Source of the DNA: an uncultured Acidobacteriota bacterium
Lineage (GTDB): Bacteria > Acidobacteriota > Thermoanaerobaculia > UBA5066 > Gp7-AA6
Direction of reading: 5' to 3'
DNA: 64,000 nucleotides
Assembly: GCA_963764715.1 (NCBI GenBank)
Contig: CAVXTP010000022.1
Location: forward strand, 416,001 to 480,000
The translations under genes and the position numbers were made by a program. Within the stretch, counting starts at the first letter, position 1; every line of letters starts with the position of its first letter. Of the stretch, positions 46,200-56,244 are shown in pieces. The notes under the pieces were generated by a model. The model was not told where the DNA came from. It did no database searches and was given only the letters and a program-made list of their open reading frames with translations.

Positions 46200-48194
46200 C
46201 TAGGGCTTCGTCCGGCCGGGACGCCTGCCCTCGATCTCGTCGATCGTCTTGACGACGACCCACTCGACGGATCGGTCCGCCTTCATCGCCTCGAGCGTCG
46301 GAAGCGCGGCCTTCGCCGCCGGGCCGATGTCGCCGAGGGCATAGGCGTAGGCGCGCAGGGCCTGACCCGACTCGCCCGGGACCTTGCAGGCGGCGATCAG
46401 CGCGGGCACCGCCGGCGCGGCCTTCGGGCCGAGCGTGCCGATGGCCGCGGCCGCCGCGGAGCGGACGTAGACCTCGGGGTCCTTGAGCCCGGCGACGAGC
46501 GCGTCGAGCGACGGCAGCGCCGCGGCACCCGCGTCGCGCAGCCCGACCGCCGCGAGCGTCCGCACCGCCGGGTCGGCGTCGGAGAGCTGCGCCGTCAGCG
46601 TCTTCACGTCGCCCGGCCGGAACGCCGACGGCCGGTCCTCGCCCGCCTTCGCCCAGGCCTCCCGGCCGACGCGCGCGAGAACGACGTTGTCGATGCCGGC
46701 CTTGTATCCGGTCGCCTCGGAGCGCTTGCCCGTGCAGACGAACGTGAGCGTGTGGCGGCCCTTCGTCAGGCGCGGCCAGCCGAGGGGAACGAGCTTGCCG
46801 ACGTAGGTTTCCCAGGCATAGCCGTCGTACTGACCGTCGTTGCGGATGTCGGCGCCCGGCTCGTGCTCGAGCTCGGCCGCCTTCGGCGGCTTGCCGTCGA
46901 GCCAGATCTCGTAGGTTCCGAAGTCGGAGGCCTGCGCGACCTGGGCCTGCAGCTCGTAGTCGCCGTCGGCGGGGACGTCGAACGGAACCTCGATCCGCGA
47001 GCCCGGACCCTCGGCGGCGAAGATGATGACGTCCTTTCCCCAGAAGAGCTCCGGGAAGATCGTCGCGGTGCCGCCCTGCATCTTCGCCTCGGGCAGGGCC
47101 TTCTCGAGCTCGATCTGAAGAGCGTTGCCCTGCGGCAGCCGCGCGCGGCCGTAGGGCACCGCCGGCTGGTCGGTCGCGACGCCCTGCTGGTACCAGTACG
47201 CGACGCTCGACATGTGATCCTCGCGCACGCCGAACGCCGTGCGCACGGTGCCGTCGGGCTTGTAGGTCCAACCCTTGTGCTCGATCTCGACGCGGATGGA
47301 CTTCGTGAAGGGCACCGGTTCTGTCAGGTGCCAGCGGTACGCCGTCATCCGCGCGCCCAGGCCCTCGCCGTCGGCGACCGTGACGCCGGTGTAGTCGCCG
47401 TCGACGACGTGGAGGCCCCAGGCGTCGTTGAAGTAGTCCTCCGATCCCGTGCCCTGGATCGAGGCGACCTTCTCGCCGTCGACGTAGAACATGTCGTCGC
47501 CTTCGCCGAACCAGCCCGGCTCGGCCTGGATGACATTGAGCACGGTGCCGACGTAGAAGCCCCGCCCCTTCGTCTCGAGGAAGACGTAGGGCTTGCCGTC
47601 GGCCGGAGCGGGAAGCTCCTGCCGGTAGCGTGCGTGGAAGTACGCCGTGTCGGGCGGCAGGGACGGCATGCGCTGCCAGTCGACGTGGTAATAGAGCCCG
47701 GTGTAGCGCGAGCTCTCGTTGGTGACCGTGATGCGGCAGCGCTGGCGGAACGGCATCGGCCAGTAGCTGTTGCGCGCCCGCCCGTCGGAGCTGTCCCGGA
47801 TCATCAGCGACTTGACGTTGCGCTCGAGGCCGTGGCCGACGGCGAAGAAGTCGCCCAGCGGCGCGTCGACCGAGGCGACGTCGCTGCCGTCGTAGTAGGC
47901 CCGGATCCGGAGCAGGCGCGGCCAGGCGTACAGCGTGCCCGAGGAGGTCGTCCAGATGTGCGTGACGATGCCGGGGCCCTCGAGGTCCGCGATCGTCAGC
48001 GTCTCTCCAGGAAACAGGTGCGCGCTGTCGTCGTTCCAGTCCGGGTAGCGGGAGTTGGACGAGGACCGCTGGGCCTTGAAATCCTTGAGCTGCGAGAACG
48101 CGAGCGGATCGAACGGCCCGGTGATCGAGGGCTGGGCCGCGGCCGCCGACGCCACGATTCCGGCGAGAAGTCCCAGGACGAGGCTCTTCCGCAT
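46200..48194 (-). CDS. Secreted DUF2961 (GH172-like) glycoside hydrolase with a beta-sandwich domain and C-terminal HEAT repeats
   Basis: Signal peptide; [36 protein letters not shown]; tail with L.D.DP.VR..AA repeats. Confidence 0.82.
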   Translation of the reverse strand: MRKSLVLGLLAGIVASAAAAQPSITGPFDPLAFSQLKDFKAQRSSSNSRYPDWNDDSAHLFPGETLTIADLEGPGIVTHIWTTSSGTLYAWPRLLRIRAYYDGSDVASVDAPLGDFFAVGHGLERNVKSLMIRDSSDGRARNSYWPMPFRQRCRITVTNESSRYTGLYYHVDWQRMPSLPPDTAYFHARYRQELPAPADGKPYVFLETKGRGFYVGTVLNVIQAEPGWFGEGDDMFYVDGEKVASIQGTGSEDYFNDAWGLHVVDGDYTGVTVADGEGLGARMTAYRWHLTEPVPFTKSIRVEIEHKGWTYKPDGTVRTAFGVREDHMSSVAYWYQQGVATDQPAVPYGRARLPQGNALQIELEKALPEAKMQGGTATIFPELFWGKDVIIFAAEGPGSRIEVPFDVPADGDYELQAQVAQASDFGTYEIWLDGKPPKAAELEHEPGADIRNDGQYDGYAWETYVGKLVPLGWPRLTKGRHTLTFVCTGKRSEATGYKAGIDNVVLARVGREAWAKAGEDRPSAFRPGDVKTLTAQLSDADPAVRTLAAVGLRDAGAAALPSLDALVAGLKDPEVYVRSAAAAAIGTLGPKAAPAVPALIAACKVPGESGQALRAYAYALGDIGPAAKAALPTLEAMKADRSVEWVVVKTIDEIEGRRPGRTKP

Positions 48195-48262
48195 TTCTCC
48201 TCCGTTTCGGGGCTGGACGGGGAGTATAGCGGCCCGCCGCGCCGCGCTATATTGGGGCCGCC

Positions 48263-49309
48263 ATGGACGACCGCAGCCCCGCCGCGCGCTTTCTCGACGC
48301 CTGCCGTTCCCGGCCGGTCGACCGGCCGCCCGTGTGGATGATGCGGCAGGCCGGCCGCTACTTGCCGGAGTACCGCGAGGTCCGCCAGGGGGTCTCCTTC
48401 ATGGAGCTCTGCCGGTCGGTCGACCTCGCGACCGAGGTGTCCCTCCAGCCCTTCCGCCGGTTTTCGCCCGACGCCGTCATCTTCTTCTCGGACATCCTGG
48501 TCCCGGTCGCGGCGATGGGCGCGCGCGTCGAGTTCGGCGACGCCGGGCCCGACCTTCCGGAGCCCGTGCGGGACGCGGTGGCCGTCGCGAAGCTCGCCCG
48601 CTTCGATCCGGGCGCGGAGATCGCCTTCACCGGGGAGATCCTCTCCCGCATCCGCCGGGAGGTCGCGGGCCGCGCCGCCGTCCTCGGCTTCTGCGGCGCG
48701 CCCTGGACGCTGGCCTCGTATCTCGTCGAAGGCGGGGGCTCGAAGAGCTTTGCGGAGATCAAGACGATGATGGGCCGGGACCCGGCCACGCTCCGGCGGC
48801 TGCTCGATCTGCTCGCCGACGTCGTCGGCGAAGTGCTGTCGTTCCAACTCGCCTCGGGCGCCGACGCGGTCCAGATGTTCGACACGTGGGCGGGCGAGCT
48901 GACGCGCGAGGACTACCGCGAGTGGGCGCTGCCGGCCGCGGCGCGGGCGATCTCCGGGATCCGGCGGAGCGGCCAGCCCGTCATTCTGTACATCAACGGC
49001 TGCGCCCACCTCGTCGAGGCCATGGCGGAGTCGGGCGCGGACGTCCTCTCGATCGACTGGCGCCTTCCGCTTTCGGAGGCCCGCCGGCGGGTTCCGGGCC
49101 GGCCGCTCCAGGGCAACCTGGATCCCGGCGTCCTCCTCGGCGAGCCCGCCGAGGTCGCGCGGCGCACGCGCGCCATGCTCGAGGAGACGCGCGGGGAGGC
49201 TCACATCGTCAACCTCGGCCACGGAATCCTCCCCGGTGCCCGGCTCGAGTGCGTCGAGGCCTTCTTCGAGGCGGCCCGCCGCGGCGCGGCCGTTCCGGCC
49301 ACCGCATGA
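48263..49309 (+). CDS. hemE: Uroporphyrinogen decarboxylase
   Basis: PVWMMRQAGRYLPEYR, FSDILV, GAPWTLASY, QGNLDP, NLGHGI motifs. Confidence 0.97.
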   Translation: MDDRSPAARFLDACRSRPVDRPPVWMMRQAGRYLPEYREVRQGVSFMELCRSVDLATEVSLQPFRRFSPDAVIFFSDILVPVAAMGARVEFGDAGPDLPEPVRDAVAVAKLARFDPGAEIAFTGEILSRIRREVAGRAAVLGFCGAPWTLASYLVEGGGSKSFAEIKTMMGRDPATLRRLLDLLADVVGEVLSFQLASGADAVQMFDTWAGELTREDYREWALPAAARAISGIRRSGQPVILYINGCAHLVEAMAESGADVLSIDWRLPLSEARRRVPGRPLQGNLDPGVLLGEPAEVARRTRAMLEETRGEAHIVNLGHGILPGARLECVEAFFEAARRGAAVPATA

Positions 49310-50697
49310 GCAGCGTGCGCGACGTCTCGCTCGCGCTCCTGCGCCGCTACAACGTGCAGGGTCCGCGCTACACCTCGTACCCGACGGCGCCGATGTGGGG
49401 CGAGAACTTCGGGGCCGACGCCTACCATGCGATCCTGGCCGAGAGCGCGGCCACGGCGAGCCCCGCGCCCCTCTCGCTCTACTTCCATCTCCCGTTCTGC
49501 GAGAAGCTCTGCTTCTTCTGCGGCTGCACCGTCGTCATCACGGGCACCCACCACGTCGCGGAAGGCTCCTATCTCGACCTCGTCGAGAGGGAGATCGACT
49601 GGGTCGCCCGCGCGGCCGGCGCCGAGCGTGGCCGGAAGGTCGTCCAGGTCCACTGGGGCGGCGGGACCCCGACCTACTTTCCCCCGCCGCTCCTCGAGCG
49701 CCTCGGCCGGACGATCCGGGAGCGCTTCGACGTCGTCCCCGACGCCGAGCTCGGCGTGGAGGTCGATCCGCGGGTCACGACCCCCGCGCACCTCGAAGCG
49801 CTCGCCGGCCTCGGCTTCAACCGACTGAGCATGGGCGTCCAGGACTTCGACCCGCGCGTGCAGCAGGCGGTCAACCGCATCCAGCCCTTCGAGGCCACGC
49901 GGGACCTCGTCCGCAGCGCGCGCGCCCTCGGGTTCCCGAGCGTCAACATCGACCTCATCTACGGTCTCCCCTACCAGACGCCGTCGGGCTTCTCGACCAC
50001 GATCGACCGGGTCCTCGAGATCGACCCGGACCGGCTCGCGGTCTACTCCTACGCCAACGTCCCCTGGATGAAGAAGCACCAGAGCCTGCTCGAACCGCAC
50101 CTTCCCGACGAGGCCGGGAAGTTCGAGATCTTCCGCACCGCGCTCGACCGCTTCACGGACGCCGGCTACGAGTACATCGGGATGGACCACTTCGCGCGGC
50201 CCGACGACGAGCTCGCCCGGGCCCGGCGGGACCGCACGCTCCACAGAAACTTCCAGGGCTACACGACCAAGGCCGGCACGGACCTGCTCGGCTTCGGGAT
50301 GAGCGCCATCGGGTCGGTCGGCCGGCACTACGTCCAGAACCGCCGGGAGCTCGCCGAGTATCGGGCGCAGGTCGGCGCCGCGGGCGCCGCGACGTTCCGG
50401 GGCGCGCGGCTCTCCGCCGACGACGAGCTGCGGCGGGACGTCATCCAGAGCCTCCTGTGCCACGGCGTGGTGGTGAAGGCCGAGATCGAGGCCCGGTACG
50501 GGATCCGGTTCGACGAAGAGTTCGCCTCCGCGCTCGAGGCCCTGGCGCCCGCGGTGGCCGACGGGCTCGTCGTGCTCGAGCCCGGTGAGGTCCGCGCGAC
50601 CGCCCTCGGCCGCGTCTTCCTGCGCAACCTCGCCATGCCCTTCGACGCGTACCTCGGCCGCACGGCGGAGAAGCCCGTCTTCTCGCGCACGTTGTGA
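49306..50697 (+). CDS. hemN: Oxygen-independent coproporphyrinogen III oxidase (radical SAM)
   Basis: GPRYTSYPTA, H.PFC...C.FCGC, GGGTPT, HRNFQGY motifs; these mark true HemN rather than HemW. Confidence 0.95.
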   Translation: MSSVRDVSLALLRRYNVQGPRYTSYPTAPMWGENFGADAYHAILAESAATASPAPLSLYFHLPFCEKLCFFCGCTVVITGTHHVAEGSYLDLVEREIDWVARAAGAERGRKVVQVHWGGGTPTYFPPPLLERLGRTIRERFDVVPDAELGVEVDPRVTTPAHLEALAGLGFNRLSMGVQDFDPRVQQAVNRIQPFEATRDLVRSARALGFPSVNIDLIYGLPYQTPSGFSTTIDRVLEIDPDRLAVYSYANVPWMKKHQSLLEPHLPDEAGKFEIFRTALDRFTDAGYEYIGMDHFARPDDELARARRDRTLHRNFQGYTTKAGTDLLGFGMSAIGSVGRHYVQNRRELAEYRAQVGAAGAATFRGARLSADDELRRDVIQSLLCHGVVVKAEIEARYGIRFDEEFASALEALAPAVADGLVVLEPGEVRATALGRVFLRNLAMPFDAYLGRTAEKPVFSRTL

Positions 50698-51677
50698 CGC
50701 GCCGCGCGATCCTCTTTCTTCAGCTCGGCGGGCCGGCGACCCTCGAGGAGGTCCCGGCGTTTCTCTACCGCCTGTTTTCCGATCCGGACGTCATCCGGGT
50801 CCGGCCGGCCCTGCTCCGCAAGGCGATCGCCGCGGCCATCGCCGTCGGGCGCAAGAAGGCCTCCCGCGCGCTCTACGCGTCGATCGGAGGCGGCTCCCCC
50901 ATCCTCCCGCTGACGCGCGAGCAGGCCGCGGGCGTCGAGCGGGTCCTGCGCGCCGAGGGGCTCGACGTCGTCTGCCGGGCCGCGATGAACTGCTCGGCGC
51001 CCCTCGTCGAGGACGTCGTCCGGGAGCTGACGGCCGCGGGCGTCGACCGCTTCCTCGCCCTTCCCCTCTACCCCCAGTACTCGCTGACCACGACCAAGGG
51101 GGCCCTCGAACGCAGCCGCGACGCCGTCGCCGCCTCGGCTCCCGCGGCGAAGTTCCACGAGATCGGCTCCTGGCCCACGCATCCCCTCTTCGTCCAGGCG
51201 CACGCCGAGTCGATCCGGGAGGAGCTCGCCCGCTTCGAGGACCCGCGCCCCGAGGCCGTGCATCTGCTCTTCTCGGCGCACTCGATCCCGAAGAAGCTCG
51301 TGACGCGCTCGGGCGATCCCTACGCTTCCGAGGTGGACGCGAGCGTGCGGGCGATCCTCGCCCGCCTCGCGTGGAACGGCCCGTGGTCGCTCGCCTACCA
51401 GTCGAAGCTGGGCCCGGTCGAGTGGCTCGGGCCGCCGACGCTCGAGGTCATTCGCGAGCTCGGCCGGGCCGGCCAGCGGCAGGTCCTCGCCGTCCCGATC
51501 GCCTTCGTCACCGACCACGTCGAGACGCTGTACGAGATCGACCAGCTCTTCGGGGAGGAGGCCCGGACCGCCGGCATCGCGCGGTTTCTCCGGACCCCCG
51601 GGCTCAACAGCCGGCCCACGTTCCTGCGGGCCCTCGCGGACCTCGTCCGCTCGGCCGACGGGTTCTGGAAGGACTGA
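50694..51677 (+). CDS. hemH: Ferrochelatase
   Basis: LGGP, FL..LF.D, GGGSP, PLYPQYS..T, FSAHSIP, YQS..GP..WL.P, F..DHVETLYEID motifs. Confidence 0.96.
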   Translation: MTRRAILFLQLGGPATLEEVPAFLYRLFSDPDVIRVRPALLRKAIAAAIAVGRKKASRALYASIGGGSPILPLTREQAAGVERVLRAEGLDVVCRAAMNCSAPLVEDVVRELTAAGVDRFLALPLYPQYSLTTTKGALERSRDAVAASAPAAKFHEIGSWPTHPLFVQAHAESIREELARFEDPRPEAVHLLFSAHSIPKKLVTRSGDPYASEVDASVRAILARLAWNGPWSLAYQSKLGPVEWLGPPTLEVIRELGRAGQRQVLAVPIAFVTDHVETLYEIDQLFGEEARTAGIARFLRTPGLNSRPTFLRALADLVRSADGFWKD

Positions 51678-53017
51678 TGCCGCAGACGGCGTCCACGGTC
51701 GTCGTCGGCGCGGGGCTCTCGGGCCTCGCGGCGGCGTTGAAGCGGGTCCGCGCCGGCGTCGATACCGTCCTCCTCGAGCGCGACGCGCGTCCCGGCGGGG
51801 TGGTCCGATCCGAGCGGCGCGACGGCTTTCTCCTCGAGAAGGGACCCAACACCGTCCGGCCGACCGAGGCGGTCATGCGGCTGGCGGCCGATCTCGGGCT
51901 CGGCGCCGAGGTCCTCCTGAGCGATCCGAAGCTTCCGCGGTACGTCGACTTCCGCGGGGAGCTCCATGCGCTGCCGTCCTCGCCCGGCTCGCTCTTCTCG
52001 ACGCGGCTCCTGTCGGCCGCGGGCAAGTGGCGGATCTTCGGAGAGCCGTTTCGCCGGGGCGGCAGGCCGCCCGAAGAGAGCGTCCGCGACTTTTTCGCGC
52101 GGCGCCTGGGCCCGGAGATCGCCGACCGGATCGTGACGCCGTTCGTCGGGGGGATCTTCGCGGGCGATCCGGCCCGTCTCGCCGTGGCGGAAGCCTTCCC
52201 GTCCCTCGCGCGCTGGGAGCGGGAGCACGGAAGCATCGTCCGGGGCGCGATCCGCGAGGCCCGGTCGAAGCGCCGCCAGTCGCCCACGCCTGCGCCCGCG
52301 CCGAAGGTCCGCGGGCTCCTGTCCTTCCGCGACGGTCTCGAGACGCTCCCGCTCGCCATGGCGCGCGCCCTGGGGCCGGCCTTCCGCCCGTCCTCCGGCG
52401 CGGTGGAGCTCTCCCCGCGCCCGGGCGGCTGGCGCGTCACGACGGCCGCCGGCGAGTGGGACGCCGCGGAGGTCATTCTCGCGGCGCCGGCGACCGCCGC
52501 CGCCGAGCTCGTCCGGCCGTTCGCGGCCGACGCCGCCGCGGCCCTCGCCGCCGTGCCGCACCCTCCGCTCGCCGTCCTGCACCTCGCGTGGCCCACGGCG
52601 TCCCTCGCCCGTCCCTTCCACGGCTTCGGCCACCTCGTCGTTCCGGACCCGTCGCGGCGGGTGCTCGGCGCCGTGTGGAGCTCGAGTCTCTTTCCCGACC
52701 GCGCGCCCGCCGGCCAGGTCCTCGTCACGGTCTTCCTGGGCGGCGCGCGCGACCCGGACGCTTTCGCGCTCTCGGACGACGAGCTCGTCGCCGCGGCGGG
52801 CCGCGATCTCGAGGCCGAGGGTATCGTGCGCGGGAAGCCCCGGCTCGTGCTCCTGACACGCTGGCCGCGGGCCATCCCGCAGTACGAGCGCGGCCACGGC
52901 GCGCGCATCGAGGCCCTCGCGAAGGCCGAGGCCCGACTTCCCGGACTCCGGTTCGTCGGGAACTACCGCGCCGGCATCTCGGTCGGCGACGTCCTCGCCT
53001 CGGCGTTCGCCGTCTAG
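51677..53017 (+). CDS. hemY: FAD-dependent protoporphyrinogen oxidase (HemY type; often annotated hemG)
   Basis: VVGAGLSGL, E.GPN, GIFAGDP, AIPQY..GH, GNY..G motifs; TGATG coupling to hemH. Confidence 0.92.
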   Translation: MPQTASTVVVGAGLSGLAAALKRVRAGVDTVLLERDARPGGVVRSERRDGFLLEKGPNTVRPTEAVMRLAADLGLGAEVLLSDPKLPRYVDFRGELHALPSSPGSLFSTRLLSAAGKWRIFGEPFRRGGRPPEESVRDFFARRLGPEIADRIVTPFVGGIFAGDPARLAVAEAFPSLARWEREHGSIVRGAIREARSKRRQSPTPAPAPKVRGLLSFRDGLETLPLAMARALGPAFRPSSGAVELSPRPGGWRVTTAAGEWDAAEVILAAPATAAAELVRPFAADAAAALAAVPHPPLAVLHLAWPTASLARPFHGFGHLVVPDPSRRVLGAVWSSSLFPDRAPAGQVLVTVFLGGARDPDAFALSDDELVAAAGRDLEAEGIVRGKPRLVLLTRWPRAIPQYERGHGARIEALAKAEARLPGLRFVGNYRAGISVGDVLASAFAV

Positions 53018-53532
53018 TCCTCCTCGTTCCCGGGCGGCGTGAGCGCCTTCTCCTCCTCCGGCGTGAGCTCGGGAAGGTGGCGAAGGAACGCGACGATCTT
53101 CCAGATCTCCTCTTCCCGGTGCGTCGGCCCGAACGCCGGCATGCCCGTCATGCGCAGCCCGTTCTGGACGATCCAGAAGAGCTCGCCGTCGGTCCGGGCC
53201 TGGACCTTCGGGAGCGTCAGATCGGGCGCCGGTGGATTGAGGCCTTCGCCGATCTCGGACGGGTCGACGCCGGGCGCGCCGTGGCAGGTCACGCACATGG
53301 ACCTGTAGTGCACGAGGCCGGCGGCACGGTTCTCGGCGGTTGGCGCCGTCGGGTTGGGCCTGCGCGGAGCGCGCCGGGCGACGGAACGGTCGACGGCGAA
53401 AGTCGCGAGCTTGCGTTCGAGGTCGCCGGGCGGCGACGTCGCGCCGACGGACATGACTCCGCTCGCGATCACGAGTCCCGCCGCGAGGGCGAGTAAGACG
53501 AGGCCGGCCACGAGTCCGGACAGGAACTTCAT
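53014..53532 (-). CDS. Membrane-anchored monoheme c-type cytochrome
   Basis: N-terminal TM/signal; CVTCH; P.APDL...DGELFWIV.NG.RMTGMPAF; GGAGG RBS. Confidence 0.9.
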   Translation of the reverse strand: MKFLSGLVAGLVLLALAAGLVIASGVMSVGATSPPGDLERKLATFAVDRSVARRAPRRPNPTAPTAENRAAGLVHYRSMCVTCHGAPGVDPSEIGEGLNPPAPDLTLPKVQARTDGELFWIVQNGLRMTGMPAFGPTHREEEIWKIVAFLRHLPELTPEEEKALTPPGNEED

Positions 53533-53571
53533 CGCTCCTCCCCTGCTCGGGGCCGATGATACGCTGACGCC

Positions 53572-54021
53572 ATGGCGCAGAAGCGCATCATCGTCGCCAT
53601 CGATTTCTCCAAGGACTCCCTCCGGGCCCTTGCTGCGGCCCGCGCGCTCGCGCGCCGAACCGGAGCCGGCCTGACGCTCGCCCACGTCCGGCCGTTTTCG
53701 GACGTGCGGGCCGCCGTCTCCGAGGAGCGCGGCGACCTGGTGCGCGCCGGCGGCCGCGTCCTCGTCCGCGAGCTCGCGGCGCACTACGCCAGACGGCTCG
53801 GCGCCCTGGCCCGGACGGGCGACGGCGACCAGATCCTCGTCCTCCGAGGCGCTCCCGAGATCGAGCTCGCGCGCGCGGCGCACCGGGGCTACGAGCTGCT
53901 CGTCATGGGCCGCCGCGGGCGCAACACCGTCTCCACCCTCCTGCTCGGCAGCACGGCCGAGAGGGTCCTTTCCCGCTCCAGCGTTCCCGTCCTCATCGTT
54001 CCCGGCCGCGGGCGCAGCTAG
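53572..54021 (+). CDS. Universal stress protein (UspA family)
   Basis: IIVAIDFS..S..AL and LLVMG..G......LLGS.AERV......PVLIV motifs. Confidence 0.92.
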   Translation: MAQKRIIVAIDFSKDSLRALAAARALARRTGAGLTLAHVRPFSDVRAAVSEERGDLVRAGGRVLVRELAAHYARRLGALARTGDGDQILVLRGAPEIELARAAHRGYELLVMGRRGRNTVSTLLLGSTAERVLSRSSVPVLIVPGRGRS

Positions 54022-54032
54022 CTCTCAGGCGG

Positions 54033-55298
54033 TCAGAGGAAGGGCGCGAGCCGCTTCGCGATCTGGTCGCCCATCCGGTGGATCCCGCCCCGCGCCTGCC
54101 AGGAGGCGAGGCGGATCTCCTCGGACTGGCCCAGGTCCTTCACGAACTGCTCCTCCATCCGGGCGCCAGTCGCCTCGTCCAGGATCAGGAAGTTGCACTC
54201 GGCGTTGAGCTCGAAGGAGCGAAAGTCGAGGTTGCTCGAGCCCACGACCGAGAGGTATCCGTCGGCCACGAACGTCTTGGCGTGCAGGACGGCCGGTTGG
54301 TACTCGAAGATCCGGACGCCCCGCCGGAGCAGGCCGGAGAAGAACCCGTGCCCCGCGTGGCGGACGACGCCGACGTCGGTTCGTCCGGGAAGGAGCAGGC
54401 GCACGTCGACGCCGCGGCGGGCCGCGGCCCCGAGGATGTCGAGGCCCCGCCGGCGCGGGGCGAAATACGCCACGGTGATCCAGAGGCGCTCCCGCGCGGC
54501 CGACGCGATCGCCGCGAAGACCGAGCTGACTTCGCGCTGCCCGCGGCCCGGGCGCGAGTCGAGGACGAGGACCCGCGGGTCGGACCGCGCGTCGGCGGCC
54601 AGGGGCTCGAGACCCAGGCCCGCCCCGCCGGCGTCCTGCCACGCTTCCTGGAAGACGAGGGCGAGCCCCCAGGCCGCGCTCCCTTCGACGCGGGCGTGCG
54701 TGTCGCGCCAGAGGCCTTCCCGTGGCAGGAGCGACGATCCGTACTCGTCCCCGATGTTCATCCCTCCCGTGAAGGCGACCTTCCGGTCGGCCACGAGGAT
54801 CTTGCGGTGGTCCCGCCGGAGGAGGCGCAGCGGGAAGCCGAGCGGCCGAAAGAGGCGGGCGTCGACGCCGCCCCGCGCGAGCTCGTCCCAGAACGCCCGC
54901 CGCGTGCCGATCGACCCGATGCCGTCGGCGAGAACGCGCACGGTCACGCCGCGGCGGGCCGCCCGGAGCAGCGCCGCCTGGAACCGGCGGCCCGTGGGGT
55001 CGTCCTTGAAGATGTACGACTCGAGGAGGACCTCCTCGCGCGCGCCGTCGACCGCATGGAGCATGGCGTCGAACGCCTGCTGCCCGTCGAAGTACACCTC
55101 GGTCGCGACCGCGCCGTGGAAGCGGTCGTCGTCGATCCGTTCGATGAGGGCCGCGAGGCGGGGATCCCGGACGCCGTCGAGCGTCGAGGCCGTCGTGGCG
55201 GCCCGCCGGGGCGAAAGCTCGCGCGGAAGGTGCCGGCTGGGCGCCGGGCGCAGCCGAGGAAGCCGGCTCTCCCGGGTGCGGGGGCGTCCTCGCGCCAC
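54033..55298 (-). CDS. Phospholipase D family cardiolipin synthase (ClsB-like)
   Basis: Two HKD motifs (RDHRKILVAD, LHAKTFVAD), GGMNIGDEY, WRDTH, GSSNLD.RS. Confidence 0.9.
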   Translation of the reverse strand: MARGRPRTRESRLPRLRPAPSRHLPRELSPRRAATTASTLDGVRDPRLAALIERIDDDRFHGAVATEVYFDGQQAFDAMLHAVDGAREEVLLESYIFKDDPTGRRFQAALLRAARRGVTVRVLADGIGSIGTRRAFWDELARGGVDARLFRPLGFPLRLLRRDHRKILVADRKVAFTGGMNIGDEYGSSLLPREGLWRDTHARVEGSAAWGLALVFQEAWQDAGGAGLGLEPLAADARSDPRVLVLDSRPGRGQREVSSVFAAIASAARERLWITVAYFAPRRRGLDILGAAARRGVDVRLLLPGRTDVGVVRHAGHGFFSGLLRRGVRIFEYQPAVLHAKTFVADGYLSVVGSSNLDFRSFELNAECNFLILDEATGARMEEQFVKDLGQSEEIRLASWQARGGIHRMGDQIAKRLAPFL

Positions 55299-55335
55299 CT
55301 AGCCCACGCGGTGGGCGCCGCCCCGGGGCCGCCGC

Positions 55336-56244
55336 TCACGCATGGCGCACCGCCGACCGGCAGTCCGCGTCGTCTTCGAGCTCGACCTGGATGGTGGCGT
55401 GATCGACGCCGGCGGTCTCGCGGAGCACGCTCTGGACGTTCCGGAGGATCTCGCTCCGCGAGCTCGCGGCGGCCGCCCGGATGTGGACGCTCGCCGAGTG
55501 CTGGCCCGACGTCAGGGTCCAGAAGTGGAGATCGTGGACCGCTTCGACGCCCGGCAGGGCGAGGATCGCGGAGCGCATCCCCGCCACGTCGATCTCCGCG
55601 GGAGCTCCCTCGAGAAGGATGTGGGCGGCTTCGCGCAGGATTCCGACGGCCCGCGGAAGCACGAGCAGGGCGATGCCCGCCGACACGAGGGCATCGAGGC
55701 CGTACCAGCCCGTGCGGGCCATGACGAGGGCGCCGGCGAGGACCCCGAGCGATCCGACCGCGTCGGCCAGGACCTCCAGGTACGCCGCCCGCATGTTCAG
55801 GCTGTCGCGCCGCGCCGCGCGCAGCAGCGCGATCGCCCCCACGTTGGCGGCGAGCCCGGCGGCCGCGACGGCGAGCATCAGGCCGGTGCGGATCGGGGCC
55901 GGCGAGTGAAACCGCCGCCAGGCCTCCCAGAGGATGCCGCCGGCGGCGAGCAGGAGAAGCTGGGCGTTGACGAAGGCCGCCAGCACCTCCGCGCGGGCGA
56001 GACCGAACGTGTGGCGGCCGGTCGGGGCGCGGTCCGAGAGCGCCATGCCGGCCCAGGCCAGCGTCAGCGCGGCGACGTCGGTGAACATGTGCGCGGCGTC
56101 GGCGAGCAGCGCGAGGCTTCCCGTGGCGAGCCCGCCGGCGACCTCCAGGCCGAGGACCGAGAGCGTGAGGATGAGGGCGGCGCGGATCCGGCTCCGGCGC
56201 CAGGCCCCGTCGGGCATGGTCGACGCCGGGGCGGCGGCGCTCAT
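55336..56244 (-). CDS. Cation diffusion facilitator (CzcD/ZitB-like zinc exporter)
   Basis: SLALLADAAHMFTD, LNMRAAYLEV.AD, HDLHFW, HATIQ motifs. Confidence 0.92.
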   Translation of the reverse strand: MSAAAPASTMPDGAWRRSRIRAALILTLSVLGLEVAGGLATGSLALLADAAHMFTDVAALTLAWAGMALSDRAPTGRHTFGLARAEVLAAFVNAQLLLLAAGGILWEAWRRFHSPAPIRTGLMLAVAAAGLAANVGAIALLRAARRDSLNMRAAYLEVLADAVGSLGVLAGALVMARTGWYGLDALVSAGIALLVLPRAVGILREAAHILLEGAPAEIDVAGMRSAILALPGVEAVHDLHFWTLTSGQHSASVHIRAAAASSRSEILRNVQSVLRETAGVDHATIQVELEDDADCRSAVRHA

